16,813 bases of DNA from Candidatus Krumholzibacteriia bacterium (GTDB lineage: Bacteria > Krumholzibacteriota > Krumholzibacteriia > WVZY01): NCBI GenBank assembly GCA_036478295.1, contig JAZGDW010000148.1, positions 1-16,813 on the forward strand, given 5' to 3'. This document shows positions 15,389-16,813 of the stretch, piece after piece (position 1 is the stretch's first letter; each line of letters opens with the position of its first letter). Both the position numbers and the translations under genes were made by a program. The notes beneath the pieces were generated by a model. The model saw only the letters and a program-made list of their open reading frames with translations. It searched no databases and was not told where the DNA came from.

Positions 15389-16462
15389 CTAGTTCTGTGC
15401 GCGCTTCCCCGCCTCTTCTTTCGCCTTCCTGAATTTCTTCACCTGGTCGGTGAAGTACGCGTCGTCCGTTTCCTTGCTCGCGGCCTCCACGCCGATTGAA
15501 ATCGCCTTGTCGTACTGGCCCATGGCATAATAGAGCTCCGCCAGCGTGTCGAGATTGCCCGGGGCTCGCCCGCTTAGCTCAACGGCCTTGAGCGCAATCG
15601 GCAGCGCTTCGTCGAAACCGACCTTCCTGGTCGCGCAAAACCACGCGAAGGAATTCAACGCTTTCGGGTCGTCGGGATGGCGATTGACGTACGACATATA
15701 GGTCGAGATGCACTTCACGCGGTTCCCCGCCTTGTGGTGGGCGCGGGCGAGGCGGGTGAGAGTGACGTCAATCCAGTCTTCGTCGGAGAACTCCTTTATT
15801 GCCGCTTCGTACGCCCGCACGGCTTTGTCGTACGACTCGCCCTGGTAGTGGGTTTCGGCGATCGTGTAGAGCATCTCACCCTTGTCGTCGCCGGCCACGT
15901 CCGGATCGAGCTCGAGGTACTTGTCCAGCGCCGCGACGCTCTCCTTCAGACGGCCCGCGTCGGCGTACTTCGTCCCCAGCGTCTTCCACGTAGCGGCGTC
16001 GGCCGGGTTTTTCTTCGCTCGCTGCTCGAAGTCCGCGATAGTGCCGACTCCGTTCTGGTATTCCTTCATGATACGGAGAAAGTCGCTGGCATTCAAAAAC
16101 CCGACGTAACGATCGATCTCCTTACCGTCCGGACCGAGGAGGACCAACGTGGGGTACACGCTGATACGGAACTTCTTCGCCACTTCGAGGCCCGCGCCTT
16201 TTTCGGCGTCGTACTTCACCGGCACCATTCCGTTAAGAAAACCCGACACGCCCTTCTCTGCGTAGGTTTCCTTGTCCATTGTCTTGCACGGCCCGCACCA
16301 CGTCGTGAAGAAATCGATGAACACATACTTGTTCTCCGACTTCGCCGTCTTCAGAATTGTTTTCCAGGATTCATTGGACCATGCGACCTCGGCAAGGGCG
16401 CCACGCGCCATCAATGCACAGAGGCACAGCCCAGCTGCGATGATACTTGGCAAGCGTCTCAT
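15389..16462 (-). CDS. Exported thioredoxin-family protein with TPR repeats (357 aa)
   Basis: SD AGGAGG before ATG 16462. Signal peptide ending ALA. VFIDFFTTWCGPCK, KYDAEKG, YPTLVLL, then TPR-like helices (TWKTLGTKY, NLDTLAELYYAMGQYDKAI). Confidence 0.88.
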   Translation of the reverse strand: MRRLPSIIAAGLCLCALMARGALAEVAWSNESWKTILKTAKSENKYVFIDFFTTWCGPCKTMDKETYAEKGVSGFLNGMVPVKYDAEKGAGLEVAKKFRISVYPTLVLLGPDGKEIDRYVGFLNASDFLRIMKEYQNGVGTIADFEQRAKKNPADAATWKTLGTKYADAGRLKESVAALDKYLELDPDVAGDDKGEMLYTIAETHYQGESYDKAVRAYEAAIKEFSDEDWIDVTLTRLARAHHKAGNRVKCISTYMSYVNRHPDDPKALNSFAWFCATRKVGFDEALPIALKAVELSGRAPGNLDTLAELYYAMGQYDKAISIGVEAASKETDDAYFTDQVKKFRKAKEEAGKRAQN

Positions 16463-16594
16463 TACCAGAACCCTCCTGCGTCGTGTTGTCGTACCCGGCG
16501 GTAGCCAAAGCGGCACGCGCCAATCAAGTGGTACCTGCGTTCCACGCCCGAGCGGCCCACAAGCAGCCCGCAGCGTGGACCATGTAGCCGTAAT

Positions 16595-16813
16595 CTAGTA
16601 CACGTTGTCCGTCGGCGCAAACCCGAACATCTCGTCGGGTGCTCCGGCCTCTCCGCCCCACGACCTGCGTCTGTCCACCGCGTAGGCACCCAGAATCAGC
16701 AGCACCATCATGACGGCCATCACGTACACCCAGTTGGGCAGCGTCGGCGCGTCCCCCTGCGCGTACGAGTGGAGACCCGAGAGAAAATAATTCACTCCGA
16801 AATACGTCATACC
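16595..16813 (-). CDS. ccsA: Cytochrome c biogenesis protein CcsA/ResC (System II), C-terminal fragment
   Basis: MTYFGVNYFLSGLHSYA is the conserved CcsA C-terminal heme-ligand motif, followed by a final TM helix. The 5' part lies outside the window. Confidence 0.9.
   Translation of the reverse strand, partial: GMTYFGVNYFLSGLHSYAQGDAPTLPNWVYVMAVMMVLLILGAYAVDRRRSWGGEAGAPDEMFGFAPTDNVY

Overview
GC-rich bacterial chromosomal window with no rRNA, tRNA, CRISPR array or recognisable mobile element. It mixes housekeeping genes (greA, msrA, a PIF1/RecD-like SF1B helicase, the 3' end of ccsA, a thioredoxin-TPR protein, and a window-truncated M90/MtfA-type peptidase missing from the ORF track) with many secreted or envelope proteins. 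Main points: (1) two unrelated secreted proteins end in the same ~19-aa tail, CAT(T/V)PVE..(S/T)WG..KALY(T)R, a candidate C-terminal sorting or docking signal that coexists with FlgD-Ig/T9SS-like C-terminal domains on other proteins; (2) two paralogs of a Zn-ribbon/coiled-coil/3TM/SH3b membrane protein, each preceded by a sigma54-type -24/-12 promoter, with similar promoters before two other envelope genes; (3) an intact multidomain aryl-sulfate sulfotransferase-like gene and a decayed paralog carrying a nonsense codon, a ~0.8-kb deletion of the catalytic core and a frameshift; (4) a ~42-bp-period hairpin repeat and several palindromic operator-like sites. From recollection rather than a search, the C-terminal motifs suggest an FCB-group candidate phylum such as Krumholzibacteriota, Latescibacterota or Eisenbacteria.
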